DNA of 61,730 bases from Candidatus Omnitrophota bacterium (GCA_043821445.1 JBDRCT010000021.1:1-61730); one strand, 5' to 3'; shown: positions 19,530 to 28,987, counted from the stretch's first letter. Notes: generated by a model not told the origin, from the letters alone. Made by a program: numbers and translations.

Positions 19530-22354
19530 GACTTTGTTCCCCGGAGCGCTTCAACGCATTTGGGACAGAGGGACTCGTGATCGGGATCCCGGCCGAGGGG
19601 GGACGAGTAATTCCAGCAACGAGCGCATTTCGCGCCGTCCGCCCGGGTGACGAGAACCTTCAGTCCGAATTTCTTCTGGAACACCGCGGAAAGACCTTCT
19701 GCGGCCTCCATACCCTCCACGGTCTTTGTTTCCAAAACGACCTGGGAGACGACAAGAACGCGAGCAAGTTCTTTTTCATATCTATGTAATATTTCGGCCG
19801 ATTCCGGATCTTCCGAAGTAAAAATTACCTTCGCCTCGAGTCCCGCTCTGATCTCTTTGGCTTCGCGTTTTTTTTCAAGGAAAGGCGTGACCGCATTACG
19901 GACCTCGCGGAGATGTTCCCAATCCCGGAACTCCGCCCCCGGCTTCGCGCCTTGAGGAACGGGCCAAGCGCTCGCATGGACCGTCGTCACACGTTCTTCG
20001 AGCTTGTACGATCTCCAAACCTCATCGGCCGTGAACGGTAAAATGGGCGCCACGATCTTCACCATGCGTGACAGGATATAAAAAAACGCCGTTTGGGCGG
20101 AGCGACGGAGCCAGGAATCCGGCGCCGCGGTGTAGAGCGTATCCTTCAGAGCGTCCAGGTAATAAGCGCTCAAGTCGACCACGCAGAAATCGTAGACCTC
20201 GCGATAGATCTCATGGAACTCAAAGCGTTCGTAAAACTCTGTTACCGACGCGACCAAGTGATCCGTCTTGACCATCGCCCACCGGTCAAGGGGATGGAGC
20301 TTTTCATAAGGGACAGCATGTTTTGCAGGATCAAAATCATAAAGGTTAGAAAGGAAATAACGGAACGTGTTGCGGATCTTGCGATAGGTGTCCACAAGCT
20401 GTTTTAAGATCTCGTTGGAAAGCCGGACATCGAACTGGTAGTCGCAGGAAGTGACCCAGAGGCGAAGCACGTCTGCGCCAAATTCCTTCATCACATCCTG
20501 CGGCGTCACGACATTGCTCGCGGATTTCGACATCTTCTTACCCTGTCCGTCCATCACGAACCCGTGGGTCAGAACGCTCTTGAATGAACTTTTATTTTCA
20601 AGCGCCATCGCCGTCGTGAGCGCGCTTTGGAACCATCCCCGGTGCTGGTCGGAACCTTCAAGATAAAGATCCGCGGGATACCGGAGTCCCGGATGCCAGT
20701 GAAGCACGGCCTGATGGCTCACGCCCGAATCGAACCAAACATCGATGATATCGGTTTCTTTATCAAATTCATTTTTCCCGCACTTCGGACAATATGCGCC
20801 ATGCGGCATGAATGCAGCAGCCGGATGCGCAAACCACGCATCAGCTCCTTCCTTTTCGAAAAGCTCCAAGATCTTCGCCTTGGACTCTTTGACCAAGTGA
20901 ACGCCGGCACAGTGACGGCAGCGGATCACAGGGATCGGCACGCCCCAATACCGCTGACGGGAGAGGCACCACTCCGGGCGTGTTTCCACCATGGCCTTGA
21001 TGCGGTTTTTGCCCCAGTCCGGAATGAACTGAATGTCTTTTTCGATGACCTCAAGCATGCGTTTGCGAAGGTCCTTATGGTCGATCTTCATGAACCATTG
21101 TGTGGTCGCGCGAAAGATGATCGGCTTCTTGCACCGCCAGCAATGCGGATAACTGTGGGGGTGATCCTCTTCTTTAAGAAGCAATCCTTTTTCGGACAAA
21201 AGCGCCGTGATCTTCGGATTGGCTTTAAAGACATGTTCTCCGTGACAATGATGGAATTCCTCGGTGAATCTTCCCTTGGAATCCACGGGTGAAAAGATCG
21301 GCAGGCTGTTGTCCAGATGCCCGTACTGGTAGTCGTCTTCCCCATGCCCCGGAGCGATATGCACGATCCCCGTCCCGTCTTCGCTGGAAACGTAATCCGC
21401 CAGGATCACTTTCCCTTTCCGTTCCAGAAAAGGGTGCTGATATCCCAGGCCCTTGAGTTCCCGCCCCGTCACGGATCGGATGTTGCTAAAGCATCCAAGA
21501 TCGATCTTGTCTTTCAGTTTTGCCTTGAGAGCCTCGGCAAAAATGAACACCTCATGGCCTTTTTGAAAGACCCCGTATTCAAGCTCCGGATGCACGGCGA
21601 CCCCGACATTCGCCGGTAACGTCCACGGCGTGGTGGTCCACACCAGAAAAAAAGCTTCCGCCCCGGCGGGAAGCTGTAGAACATCCAAAGGATCCTCTGC
21701 GGGAAACTTTACAAAAACAGATTTCGAGATCTTATCTTCGTACTCCAGTTCGGCTTCGGCCAGCGCTGTATCGCAGTCATAGCACCACGGAACGGGTTTC
21801 AGGCGCTGCTCGATGAAACCCTCTTCATAGAGTTTAAGGAAGGACGCCGCGATCGAGGCCTGGTATCCGTAGCTCATGGTCAGATAGGGATCTTGCCATT
21901 CCCCGAAGATGCCAAGCCGTTTGAATTCTTCACGCTGGATCTCGATGAATTTTTCCGCGTATTTCCGTGCTTGTTTGCGGAATTCGACCCGATCCACTTC
22001 TTCTTTGCGCTTGCCCATTTCCTTCAAACAGGCGTGTTCGATCGGCAGGCCGTGGCAGTCCCATCCCGGGACATAGAGCGCGTCATGACCGCGCATGGTC
22101 TGGTACTTCACGATGAGGTCTTTGAGAACTTTATTGAGCGCGTGACCGATATGGATATGGCCGTTCGCGTAAGGCGGCCCGTCATGGAGAAGGTACTTGG
22201 GCTTACCCGCGGACTTCGCACGGATCGCAGGATACACGCCTTCCATCTCCCATGCTTTGAGCATCTCCGGCTCACGCTGAGCCAGATTTGCTTTCATGGA
22301 GAAAGAGGTCTGTGGAAGGTTCAGAGTGTCTTTGTAATTTTTGGGTTCAGTCAT
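19526..22354 (-). CDS. ileS: Isoleucyl-tRNA synthetase (IleS), zinc-finger C-terminus
   Basis: HIGH motif (ANGHIHIGHALN), KMSKS, and C-terminal CARCW...CPKC. The track ORF starts at the TTG at 22375. The ATG at 22354 (MTEPKNYKDTLNLPQT) fits the family N-terminus better. Confidence 0.92.
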   Translation of the reverse strand: MTEPKNYKDTLNLPQTSFSMKANLAQREPEMLKAWEMEGVYPAIRAKSAGKPKYLLHDGPPYANGHIHIGHALNKVLKDLIVKYQTMRGHDALYVPGWDCHGLPIEHACLKEMGKRKEEVDRVEFRKQARKYAEKFIEIQREEFKRLGIFGEWQDPYLTMSYGYQASIAASFLKLYEEGFIEQRLKPVPWCYDCDTALAEAELEYEDKISKSVFVKFPAEDPLDVLQLPAGAEAFFLVWTTTPWTLPANVGVAVHPELEYGVFQKGHEVFIFAEALKAKLKDKIDLGCFSNIRSVTGRELKGLGYQHPFLERKGKVILADYVSSEDGTGIVHIAPGHGEDDYQYGHLDNSLPIFSPVDSKGRFTEEFHHCHGEHVFKANPKITALLSEKGLLLKEEDHPHSYPHCWRCKKPIIFRATTQWFMKIDHKDLRKRMLEVIEKDIQFIPDWGKNRIKAMVETRPEWCLSRQRYWGVPIPVIRCRHCAGVHLVKESKAKILELFEKEGADAWFAHPAAAFMPHGAYCPKCGKNEFDKETDIIDVWFDSGVSHQAVLHWHPGLRYPADLYLEGSDQHRGWFQSALTTAMALENKSSFKSVLTHGFVMDGQGKKMSKSASNVVTPQDVMKEFGADVLRLWVTSCDYQFDVRLSNEILKQLVDTYRKIRNTFRYFLSNLYDFDPAKHAVPYEKLHPLDRWAMVKTDHLVASVTEFYERFEFHEIYREVYDFCVVDLSAYYLDALKDTLYTAAPDSWLRRSAQTAFFYILSRMVKIVAPILPFTADEVWRSYKLEERVTTVHASAWPVPQGAKPGAEFRDWEHLREVRNAVTPFLEKKREAKEIRAGLEAKVIFTSEDPESAEILHRYEKELARVLVVSQVVLETKTVEGMEAAEGLSAVFQKKFGLKVLVTRADGAKCARCWNYSSPLGRDPDHESLCPKCVEALRGTKS

Positions 22355-22363
22355 TTCAACTTG

Positions 22364-22432
22364 CGCAACGGTCAACGCTCAACGCGCAACGAAAAAAATC
22401 TTTTCGTCGAACGTTGCGCTTTGCGCGTTGTG
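22364..22432. repeat. Heptamer-periodic palindromic element, copy A (intergenic, punA-ileS)
   Basis: Left arm CGCAACG GTCAACG CTCAACG CGCAACG, a 20-nt loop, and right arm CGTTGCG CTTTGCG CGTTGTG. About 17/19 bases can pair. Confidence 0.8.
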
Positions 22433-22437
22433 CTCCT

Positions 22438-23286
22438 TTAGAATTTTCCGATGGCGGCCGTGATGAATTTATCAAGCTTCGGCCCGGCTTCATTCGCGGT
22501 CTTGATGATCTCTTGAATATCACAGGGTTCCAAGTGGTCCGGATCGCAAGTATCCGTCACCACGCTTACTCCCAGCACCTCCATGCCCATCTGAGCGGCC
22601 ACGATCACTTCCGGCACCGTGGACATTCCGACAAGGTCCGCGCCCCATTGCCGCATCATGCGGTACTCCGCGCGTGTTTCAAGACAAGGACCCGTCACGC
22701 CGATGTAAACACCCCGGTTGATCAGGATCTTCGCTTCCTTCGCCGCAAGTCCGGCCAATTCGAGCAGCCGTTTTGAATACGGTTCACACATGTCCGGGAA
22801 CCGGGGCCCGAGCTTCTCCTCATTCGGCCCCACCAGCGGGTTCACCCCCATAAAATTAATATGATCCGTGATCGTCACGATCTCGCCTTTTTTGTAGCTA
22901 AGGTTCAAACCTCCCGCGGCGTTTGAAACGACCAGGATCCTCGTCCCTAACTGCCGGAGCACTCTGACCGGGAACGTCACTTCCGCGAGCGAATAGCCTT
23001 CGTAGAAATGGAAACGCCCCTCCATGGCCGCGACTTTCTTGCCTCCCAATTCGCCGAGGATCAGCTTACCGCTATGCGACTGGACCGTGGTCCTTGGGAA
23101 AAAAGGAAGTTCCTCGTATTTGAAGACCTTTTCGGCTTTGATCCGTTTCGCGAGATCTCCGAGCCCCGTCCCGAGGATCAATGCGACCTCGGGCTTAAAA
23201 GAAGTCCTTCGGCGGATATAGGCCAAACATTTTTCAATATGTTCCATAAGCGGATTTTTTTTCTTGCGAAAAGGCTTCATCGGCAT
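22438..23286 (-). CDS. punA: Purine nucleoside phosphorylase, trimeric PNP-I family (PunA)
   Basis: 282 aa with GRFHFYEGYS, NAAGGLN and VGMSTVPEV motifs. Confidence 0.85.
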   Translation of the reverse strand: MPMKPFRKKKNPLMEHIEKCLAYIRRRTSFKPEVALILGTGLGDLAKRIKAEKVFKYEELPFFPRTTVQSHSGKLILGELGGKKVAAMEGRFHFYEGYSLAEVTFPVRVLRQLGTRILVVSNAAGGLNLSYKKGEIVTITDHINFMGVNPLVGPNEEKLGPRFPDMCEPYSKRLLELAGLAAKEAKILINRGVYIGVTGPCLETRAEYRMMRQWGADLVGMSTVPEVIVAAQMGMEVLGVSVVTDTCDPDHLEPCDIQEIIKTANEAGPKLDKFITAAIGKF

Positions 23287-23305
23287 TGCTGTTTTTCTCC
23301 TGTGA

Positions 23306-23602
23306 TTATTGGAATTGATAAGCGATCCTTAAAAGAATGGCAACAAGGATCTGGTTCGTGAGATAGATGATGAAAAAAGCGAGCATCGGTGTAAGATCCA
23401 GCATTCCGATGCGGAGCGGCAGCCGTCTTAAAGGCTCTAGAATTGGGTCTGTTACCTGGTTCAGAAATTGCACCGGGCTCGAAAAAGGATCCACGGGCAG
23501 CCACGAAATAATGATCCTCGCGAAGATCAGCCAATAGAGGATCGTACAGATCCCGTTCACAAGCATGGCCAAACCCTGAAGAACGGTCCCAATGATAAAC
23601 AT
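23306..23602 (-). CDS. yggT: YggT-family membrane protein
   Basis: 98 aa with two TM helices. Sits in the conserved yggS-proC-yggT neighbourhood. Confidence 0.7.
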   Translation of the reverse strand: MFIIGTVLQGLAMLVNGICTILYWLIFARIIISWLPVDPFSSPVQFLNQVTDPILEPLRRLPLRIGMLDLTPMLAFFIIYLTNQILVAILLRIAYQFQ

Positions 23603-23646
23603 CTTTACCTCCTCCGTAGGCGCAAGGCATCCATGATTGCCTTGCG

Positions 23647-24462
23647 TTAATTCATTTTTCTTAGTTCCCTACTCCGGTTCATGGCCGCTTGAAGCGCTTG
23701 CTGAAAAACTTTCTTGAATTTTCCGCGTTGTAAAATCTTGATCGCTGCTTCCGTCGTCCCCTTTTTCGAAGTCACTCTCTGCCGCAACTCCGCACAAGAC
23801 TCCGGTGAGCCCTTCGCCAAAAGCGCGGCTCCCAGTCCTGTTTGAACGGCCAAAACTTCGGCAACCTCGGGCCGAAGCCCCTGCTTCACGCCGAAATCCA
23901 CCAAGAGTTCCATTAAATTGAAAAAATAGGCCGGCCCGCTGCCGCTTATCGCGGTCACAAGGTCCAGCATCTTTTCCGGAAGCGTTAGAACCTCGCCGCA
24001 TCCTTCAAAAAGTTTTTTGGCAAAAGAAAGCGCGGTTTTATTTTTTCCGCAGATCACGGTCATGGACTGGCCTGCCTTCGCTCCAAGATTCGGCATCGCC
24101 CGGACGATCGTAATGTTTTTGCCGACGGCTCGCGCGATCTTTTCTGTCGTCATCCCGGCAAGGATCGAGATGACGCATTGCCCCCGTCTGAAGGAAGACC
24201 GGTGCTCCAGAGCAAAGCTTGCAAGATCCTGGGGCTTCATGGCCAGCAGCACCACATCCGTTTTTTTTAGTAATTCTGTAACTGAAGGCGCTCTGCGCAC
24301 GTGAAGCCGGCAGGCAAAAGACCTGGCCTTATTCACGGATTTATCATAAACCCATACGTTGGAAGGAGTTACGAGCCTCCGGGTGAGCACGCCTTCCAGG
24401 ATCGAGGCGCCCATATTTCCCACGCCGACGGCGCCGATTTTCTTATTTCCCAATGTTTTCAT
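23647..24462 (-). CDS. proC: Pyrroline-5-carboxylate reductase (ProC)
   Basis: 271 aa. N-terminal Rossmann motif IGAVGVGNMGASI and C-terminal VTSKKGTTEAAI motif. Confidence 0.88.
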   Translation of the reverse strand: MKTLGNKKIGAVGVGNMGASILEGVLTRRLVTPSNVWVYDKSVNKARSFACRLHVRRAPSVTELLKKTDVVLLAMKPQDLASFALEHRSSFRRGQCVISILAGMTTEKIARAVGKNITIVRAMPNLGAKAGQSMTVICGKNKTALSFAKKLFEGCGEVLTLPEKMLDLVTAISGSGPAYFFNLMELLVDFGVKQGLRPEVAEVLAVQTGLGAALLAKGSPESCAELRQRVTSKKGTTEAAIKILQRGKFKKVFQQALQAAMNRSRELRKMN

Positions 24463-25160
24463 TTTTTGACACCCCTCGGAAAGACTAAAGAGCCAATTCT
24501 AAGCATATTTGCGCCTTCTTCAATAGCTATTCTGTAGTCGGCCGACATTCCCATGGAAAGGACGTCCCAATCATATTGAGAGAATTCCTTCTTCAGAGCC
24601 TCCCAAAGTTCCCGTGTTTTCCTGAAACACTCGCGGATCTCCCCTTCGTCTTCCGTCAACGGCCCAATGCTCATAAGCCCGCGGATCCTGATCGAGGATC
24701 TCAAGGGCATTTGCCTTACAAAATCCGCAACGCGGACGGGGTCAAGACCGGACTTGCTTTCTTCTCCGGACATATTCACCTGGATAAGACACGGCACTTC
24801 GGCGATCCCTTTGGATCTCGCTTGCTTTTCGATCTCGTCCGCAAGCTCGAGCCGGTCGAGGGAATGAAGGAGCTCGACCTGACCGATCACATGCTTCACT
24901 TTGTTCGTCTGCAGATGCCCGATCAGATGCCAGTGGATATCTTTCGGGAGCGTGTCTTTTTTTTCCCGCCACTCCTGGACACGATTTTCCCCGAAGTCCC
25001 TTTCTCCCGTTTGATAGGCTTCCAGGATCCTTTCCGGCGAGATCGTCTTGGTAACGATCACGAGCTGGATCGATCCCGGCTCCCGGTTCGCGCTGACCGC
25101 GGTTTTATGGATCGAGCGCCTCAGATCTTGGATGCTCTCTTTTATAGTCATCGATTCCAT
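24459..25160 (-). CDS. yggS: YggS-family pyridoxal-phosphate homeostasis protein
   Basis: 233 aa with VTKT, WHLIGHLQTNK, LMSIGP and SMGMS.DY..AIEEGA..LRIG motifs. Confidence 0.88.
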   Translation of the reverse strand: MESMTIKESIQDLRRSIHKTAVSANREPGSIQLVIVTKTISPERILEAYQTGERDFGENRVQEWREKKDTLPKDIHWHLIGHLQTNKVKHVIGQVELLHSLDRLELADEIEKQARSKGIAEVPCLIQVNMSGEESKSGLDPVRVADFVRQMPLRSSIRIRGLMSIGPLTEDEGEIRECFRKTRELWEALKKEFSQYDWDVLSMGMSADYRIAIEEGANMLRIGSLVFPRGVKK

Positions 25161-25190
25161 GGCTCAGTTCGGCTCACAGCATGATAAGCT

Positions 25191-26186
25191 TCAAACTTGG
25201 ACCTTTGGGCTCAGATCTTTGGTCTCAAGTTTTGGCTCCGTTGCCTGGATCTTCCGTATGAGATCAAAAAAACCCACCACGTTCAAGCGATCCACAAAAA
25301 AAACGACATCCTCGCCTTCGAGAAATCCGTAATAGGCGTTCTGCTCCGGAACTTCATTGCCAAAATAAAACGTTGTCCTCTTTTTGTCTTCGGACTCGAC
25401 CCAGATACAGTCATGGATCATGAAAAACCCGAGCTCGGCCCTGGACTTCTTATTGGCGTCCAGAAATTCTCTCGCGTGAAGGCTCTGGAGCCCTTCCAGT
25501 ACAAAATTCATACGCTCCCTTGCGATCTTCTGGCCGAATTTCTCTACAGGCTCGATCCAATACCAATCGTCGCCGTCTTTCTTCCACTCGCAGCTGTATT
25601 TCCCCATTTCCACGTAGATCTTTCGGATCTTGTCGACCGGAGTGCGGAACAAACGCTTTTGGCGAAGCCCGTAGACGCTCTGGCGGAACATGGCCTTCAT
25701 CTCCACAGGCAGAAGGAAAAATCCGCGTTCCTCCGCCCACCGGGCAAAAACCGCTTTCCCGACAGGCGTCTGAGCGCCTATCAAAAGTGTCGCCGTTTTT
25801 TTGCCCTGAAGATCGAACAGGATCTCGAACTCCGGCTTCGCAAGCCCATACTCTTCCCATTCTTTCTCAGCCCGCAAACGGGGCTGTTGGGACGCCATCC
25901 GGGCCGCGGTCACAAATCCCTCCGCGATCGGGCCCTCTGCCGGATAGTGAACGGGAGCCTCGATCATCCACGCCCCGTTCGTTCTTTGAAGTACGATCTT
26001 CGTCTTTTGGGCCGGATTGCGCAATTCCACACGGGTTATCGGATCGTTCTTTGAGATCGCGACAATCCTGTTCACTTCGTCGGGAACGATCTTGAGGGCC
26101 TGTTGGGTCAGGTGTGCCTGGAAAAGATAAACCGCCCCCGCAACGGCAAAGAGAAGAATAAAAACGATCGTCCTGACGAGCTTCAT
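25191..26186 (-). CDS. DUF4340-like membrane-anchored protein (partner of GldG-type ABC systems)
   Basis: About 331 aa from the ATG at 26186 (MKLVRTIVFILLFAVA). Single N-terminal TM, positioned directly after the gldG-like gene as is usual for DUF4340. The track start at 26195 is a TTG. Confidence 0.55.
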   Translation of the reverse strand: MKLVRTIVFILLFAVAGAVYLFQAHLTQQALKIVPDEVNRIVAISKNDPITRVELRNPAQKTKIVLQRTNGAWMIEAPVHYPAEGPIAEGFVTAARMASQQPRLRAEKEWEEYGLAKPEFEILFDLQGKKTATLLIGAQTPVGKAVFARWAEERGFFLLPVEMKAMFRQSVYGLRQKRLFRTPVDKIRKIYVEMGKYSCEWKKDGDDWYWIEPVEKFGQKIARERMNFVLEGLQSLHAREFLDANKKSRAELGFFMIHDCIWVESEDKKRTTFYFGNEVPEQNAYYGFLEGEDVVFFVDRLNVVGFFDLIRKIQATEPKLETKDLSPKVQV

Positions 26187-26240
26187 GACGCCCAAGTCTC
26201 TTTATTTCTTTTTTGGAATGGCGACTTGGACAACCATGAT
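26183..26240. repeat. 58-bp palindromic intergenic element, copy 1
   Basis: TCATGACGCCCAAGTC - T-rich loop (TCTTTATTTCTTTTTTGGAATGGC) - GACTTGGACAACCATGA. The arm overlaps the ATG of the DUF4340 gene. Confidence 0.75.
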
Positions 26241-26268
26241 TTCCAATTCATTTTTCGATTAAGGAGGA

Positions 26269-26325
26269 TCATGACGCCCAAGTCTTTATTTTCTTTTCCA
26301 GAACGGCGACTTGGACAGTCATGAT
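26269..26325. repeat. 57-bp palindromic intergenic element, copy 2
   Basis: TCATGACGCCCAAGTC - TTTATTTTCTTTTCCAGAACGGC - GACTTGGACAGTCATGA. A direct repeat of copy 1, 86 bp away. A third TCATGACG half-site overlaps the gldG stop codon (26355). Confidence 0.75.
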
Positions 26326-26354
26326 TCTCATTATTAAAGAAAATGAACGAGTAA

Positions 26355-27764
26355 TCATGACGTCCTGGAACGGATCCCGAGATAGATCCCGCCGAGAATG
26401 AAGACCGTGAGCGGATAAACGCCAAATAAAAAGATCATCAGCTGAGTTCGGTGCGGCACATCGAGTAAGAGCGGCTTAAAGCGAAGCTCAGGACGTTTCA
26501 CGTCCATGAAGCGGTCATCGCTGGCGAGCCATCGCACCATATTCAGTCCCAGTTCTTTGTTCCCGGAAAGGTCCAGATATCCGTTCGTCAAAAAATCCCC
26601 GTCCCCCACGATGATCATCCTACCGCCGGTCCATGACTCATGGTCCACACTCTGCCGTCGCTTTTCGTCTGTCTTCTGTAATCTCTGGTCTGTGGTCTGT
26701 TGCACAGCAACGGCGATCGGTAAGGGACCTGCGACATCCGCTTTCAAGTCAAACTCCGCATTGCCGTTCTCCAACGCCGGAAGATCCGTTTCTCCCCAGC
26801 TCCCTTCTCCGGTCATGGCGATCGGCATCACGTCAAGCCCGGGAACTACATCCGTCGACGGCTGGACCGTACGCACTAACGGGAAAAAAGTCGCTTGTTT
26901 CAGGGACTTCGTGACCGGATGCGTCACCAGATAACGGCTGACGAGCGGCATTAAAAAATCCCCTCCTACCATACGGCTGACCTTATCCACGACTACGTTC
27001 TGCCCGAGCGCCACGCCGTGTTTTTGGGCGAACTCCAGGAACGCGCCTCCCTGACCCGGATCCATCGGATCGATCAAAAGAAGAACCCCTTTTCCTTCTT
27101 GAAAAGCCTTGTCCAGGTCCGCGAACTCTTCGGCCGTCAGATCCCACCTGGGACCGCCCACGACCACCACCTGGCAAGTATCCGGCACATGATCGCGCGT
27201 GAGCACGATCCCGTGGACCCTGGCGTTATACCCTTGGAGGGAGTCTCTGAAACGCCGGTACCCACCCGTCGCATCATCATCGAGGTCAACCTCCCCGTGC
27301 CCCGTCACAAAACAGACATCCAGGTCCCTGGGATGAAGAAGCCTCAGGAACGCGTTCGTAAAGGCTTCTTCGGTCGGTCCGACCAAACGCTCTTCGCGGT
27401 CTCCGGAGCGGAAGATCACCGTCTTGGCGGCCGAAACGTTGAACTTGCGCGCAAGCTGCGGCCGCCGGTTCGGATCATAGAAGTCATAATGGAAATCAGA
27501 ATGGTGGCGGCTGCATTCCTTGAGAAAAACCTCCAGTCCCTGTCGTGCGGGGTCGTCCTGCGCAAAAAAGAGAAGTAGATTGATCCTGCGGCCTCGCAGG
27601 TCCGACAAAACTCCGGTGGTCGCGGGTGGAAGCGAATAGACCTTGTCCTGGGTCAGGTCCCACCGCTCATGGAAAGGCTGGATCACCACGTAGACCAGCG
27701 TGAGCGTCGCCAAAAGGATCGCGGCCTCGAACAAGAGCTGAAACTTCAAAAAGAATTGTTTCAT
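26355..27764 (-). CDS. GldG-like auxiliary component of an ABC-2 transport system
   Basis: 469 aa. N- and C-terminal TM anchors flank a large soluble domain. Follows the ABC-2 permease and ATPase genes in the operon. Confidence 0.7.
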   Translation of the reverse strand: MKQFFLKFQLLFEAAILLATLTLVYVVIQPFHERWDLTQDKVYSLPPATTGVLSDLRGRRINLLLFFAQDDPARQGLEVFLKECSRHHSDFHYDFYDPNRRPQLARKFNVSAAKTVIFRSGDREERLVGPTEEAFTNAFLRLLHPRDLDVCFVTGHGEVDLDDDATGGYRRFRDSLQGYNARVHGIVLTRDHVPDTCQVVVVGGPRWDLTAEEFADLDKAFQEGKGVLLLIDPMDPGQGGAFLEFAQKHGVALGQNVVVDKVSRMVGGDFLMPLVSRYLVTHPVTKSLKQATFFPLVRTVQPSTDVVPGLDVMPIAMTGEGSWGETDLPALENGNAEFDLKADVAGPLPIAVAVQQTTDQRLQKTDEKRRQSVDHESWTGGRMIIVGDGDFLTNGYLDLSGNKELGLNMVRWLASDDRFMDVKRPELRFKPLLLDVPHRTQLMIFLFGVYPLTVFILGGIYLGIRSRTS

Positions 27765-27772
27765 ATTAGTCC

Positions 27773-27806
27773 AGAGTCATGAGTTCGGAGTTCAGAGTTC
27801 GGAGGA
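27773..27806. repeat. Heptamer array (NGAGTTC)n immediately 3' of the four-helix-bundle pseudogene
   Basis: AGAGTCA TGAGTTC GGAGTTC AGAGTTC GGAGGAT fills most of the 27765-27806 spacer. Confidence 0.7.
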
Positions 27807-28160
27807 TCATATAGCTTTGAGCAATCCGCTGAGCATTTTTGATAATTCCGAAGCCCTTTCCCGTGACTTTTCCTCATTCTTTTCAGATAGATAATCCCTT
27901 CTTCTTGCGAGAGTTGCGCAAACAATACACTCCCTTACCGATCGTCTGGCTATCTTTATAAAATGCTGGAATTCGGCCTTGCTGCCGCCGCTTCCCTCCC
28001 CGATATTCAAAGCAATCGACTGTGCTGCCCGCTGAAACTAGCTTGTCAGCCCGAATTTCTCTTCCTTCGGAAATTCCTTGGTCCATTCATAAACACAATC
28101 CACATAATCCAGCGCCTTCCTGTAAACCAGTAGATTCTCGAATGAAAATTTTTCCTTCAC
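27807..28160 (-). pseudogene. Four-helix-bundle protein (23S rRNA intervening-sequence-protein family) with an in-frame TAG at codon 41
   Basis: Reading from the GTG at 28160 gives VKEKFSFENLLVYRKALDYVDCVYEWTKEFPKEEKFGLTS-TAG(28040-28038)-FQRAAQSIALNIGEGSGGSKAEFQHFIKIARRSVRECIVCATLARRRDYL... This is a full-length (117-codon) family-typical sequence interrupted by one amber codon. Confidence 0.75.
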
Positions 28161-28167
28161 GCTTCAG

Positions 28168-28202
28168 CCTCCATCTCCCAACTCCCGGCTCCAAACTCCA
28201 GG
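28168..28202. repeat. Heptamer array (CTCCNNN)n immediately 5' of the four-helix-bundle pseudogene, inverted relative to 27773-27806
   Basis: CCTCCAT CTCCCAA CTCCCGG CTCCAAA CTCCAGG. The AACTCC units are complementary to the GGAGTT units of the other array. Confidence 0.7.
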
Positions 28203-28210
28203 CTGACTAT

Positions 28211-28987
28211 TCAGCTTTTCCAGTTCCTTGTTTCGATCGAGCGAAGCGTCAAAAAAAGAAAATAGAAGAAAAAGAAGCAGAAAAAGACCACGTCTTGAAC
28301 GTCCAGGATCCCCAGTGTGAAATTTTTGTAATGAGCAAGTGGCGAAAGTTCGGAAAAAATATGCGCCCAGGGCCCCGTCGCGATGTCCTTCACCCAATCG
28401 AATATCCAGAACACGAGCAGAATGCTGAAAGTCCCGAGAGCGCTGACGATCGGACTTTTGGTCAGACTTGAGATAAAAACTCCCGCCGCCAGATACGCCG
28501 ATCCCAAAAGCCAGAACCCGAGGAATCCTAGCAATACGGGAAACCATTCAAATTCCCCGCCGATCGAACGGAACACTGCCAAATATCCCGAAAGAGGCAG
28601 GAGAAGCGCCGCAAAGAAGCAAAGGATCCCCAGCTGTTTGCCGGCCACGATCTCGAAATCGGACAAGGGGTACGTGAAAAGAAGTTCCAGCGTTTCCTGC
28701 CGTTTTTCCTCCGAAAAAGAACGCATGGTGAGGATCGGCGTCAGAAAAAGAAGCATGATGCTCAGATTGGAAAAAAAAGAGCCGAGGATATATTGCGTTT
28801 GATTGATCCCCGAGAAATTCGAAAGCCCGTACTGCTGCGGATTCATGGAGATCTTGGAGTAGCTCAACACCAGGATCACAAAAAAAACGCCCGAGGCCAA
28901 AAAGAAGAACGTCGCCATCAACACCCCCAGCCAGGAATGGAAACAGCTGCTGAACTCTTTTCGCGCGATCGTCAGGACTTTTCTCAT
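28211..28987 (-). CDS. ABC-2 type transporter permease (GldF-like)
   Basis: 258 aa with six hydrophobic helices. 4-nt overlap with the upstream ATPase gene. Confidence 0.75.
   Translation of the reverse strand: MRKVLTIARKEFSSCFHSWLGVLMATFFFLASGVFFVILVLSYSKISMNPQQYGLSNFSGINQTQYILGSFFSNLSIMLLFLTPILTMRSFSEEKRQETLELLFTYPLSDFEIVAGKQLGILCFFAALLLPLSGYLAVFRSIGGEFEWFPVLLGFLGFWLLGSAYLAAGVFISSLTKSPIVSALGTFSILLVFWIFDWVKDIATGPWAHIFSELSPLAHYKNFTLGILDVQDVVFFCFFFFYFLFLTLRSIETRNWKS

Noticed and set aside
22355-22375. The TTG start at 22375 for ileS, as given in the ORF track.
   Set aside because: The ATG at 22354 yields the family-typical N-terminus. The extra 7 codons fall in the left arm of palindromic element A.
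22364-22432. Element A as a simple Rho-independent terminator between punA and ileS.
   Set aside because: The U-rich tract lies in the loop rather than after the stem in the transcribed (minus) sense. The same element type also occurs inside coding sequence. A regulatory hairpin role cannot be excluded.
26103-26324. Mini-ORFs inside the palindromic intergenic elements, for example plus-strand MTPKSLFSFPERRLGQS preceded by AAGGAGGA.
   Set aside because: The SD-to-ATG spacing is only ~3 nt. The peptides differ between the two element copies, while the nucleotide palindrome is what is conserved. No independent support exists.
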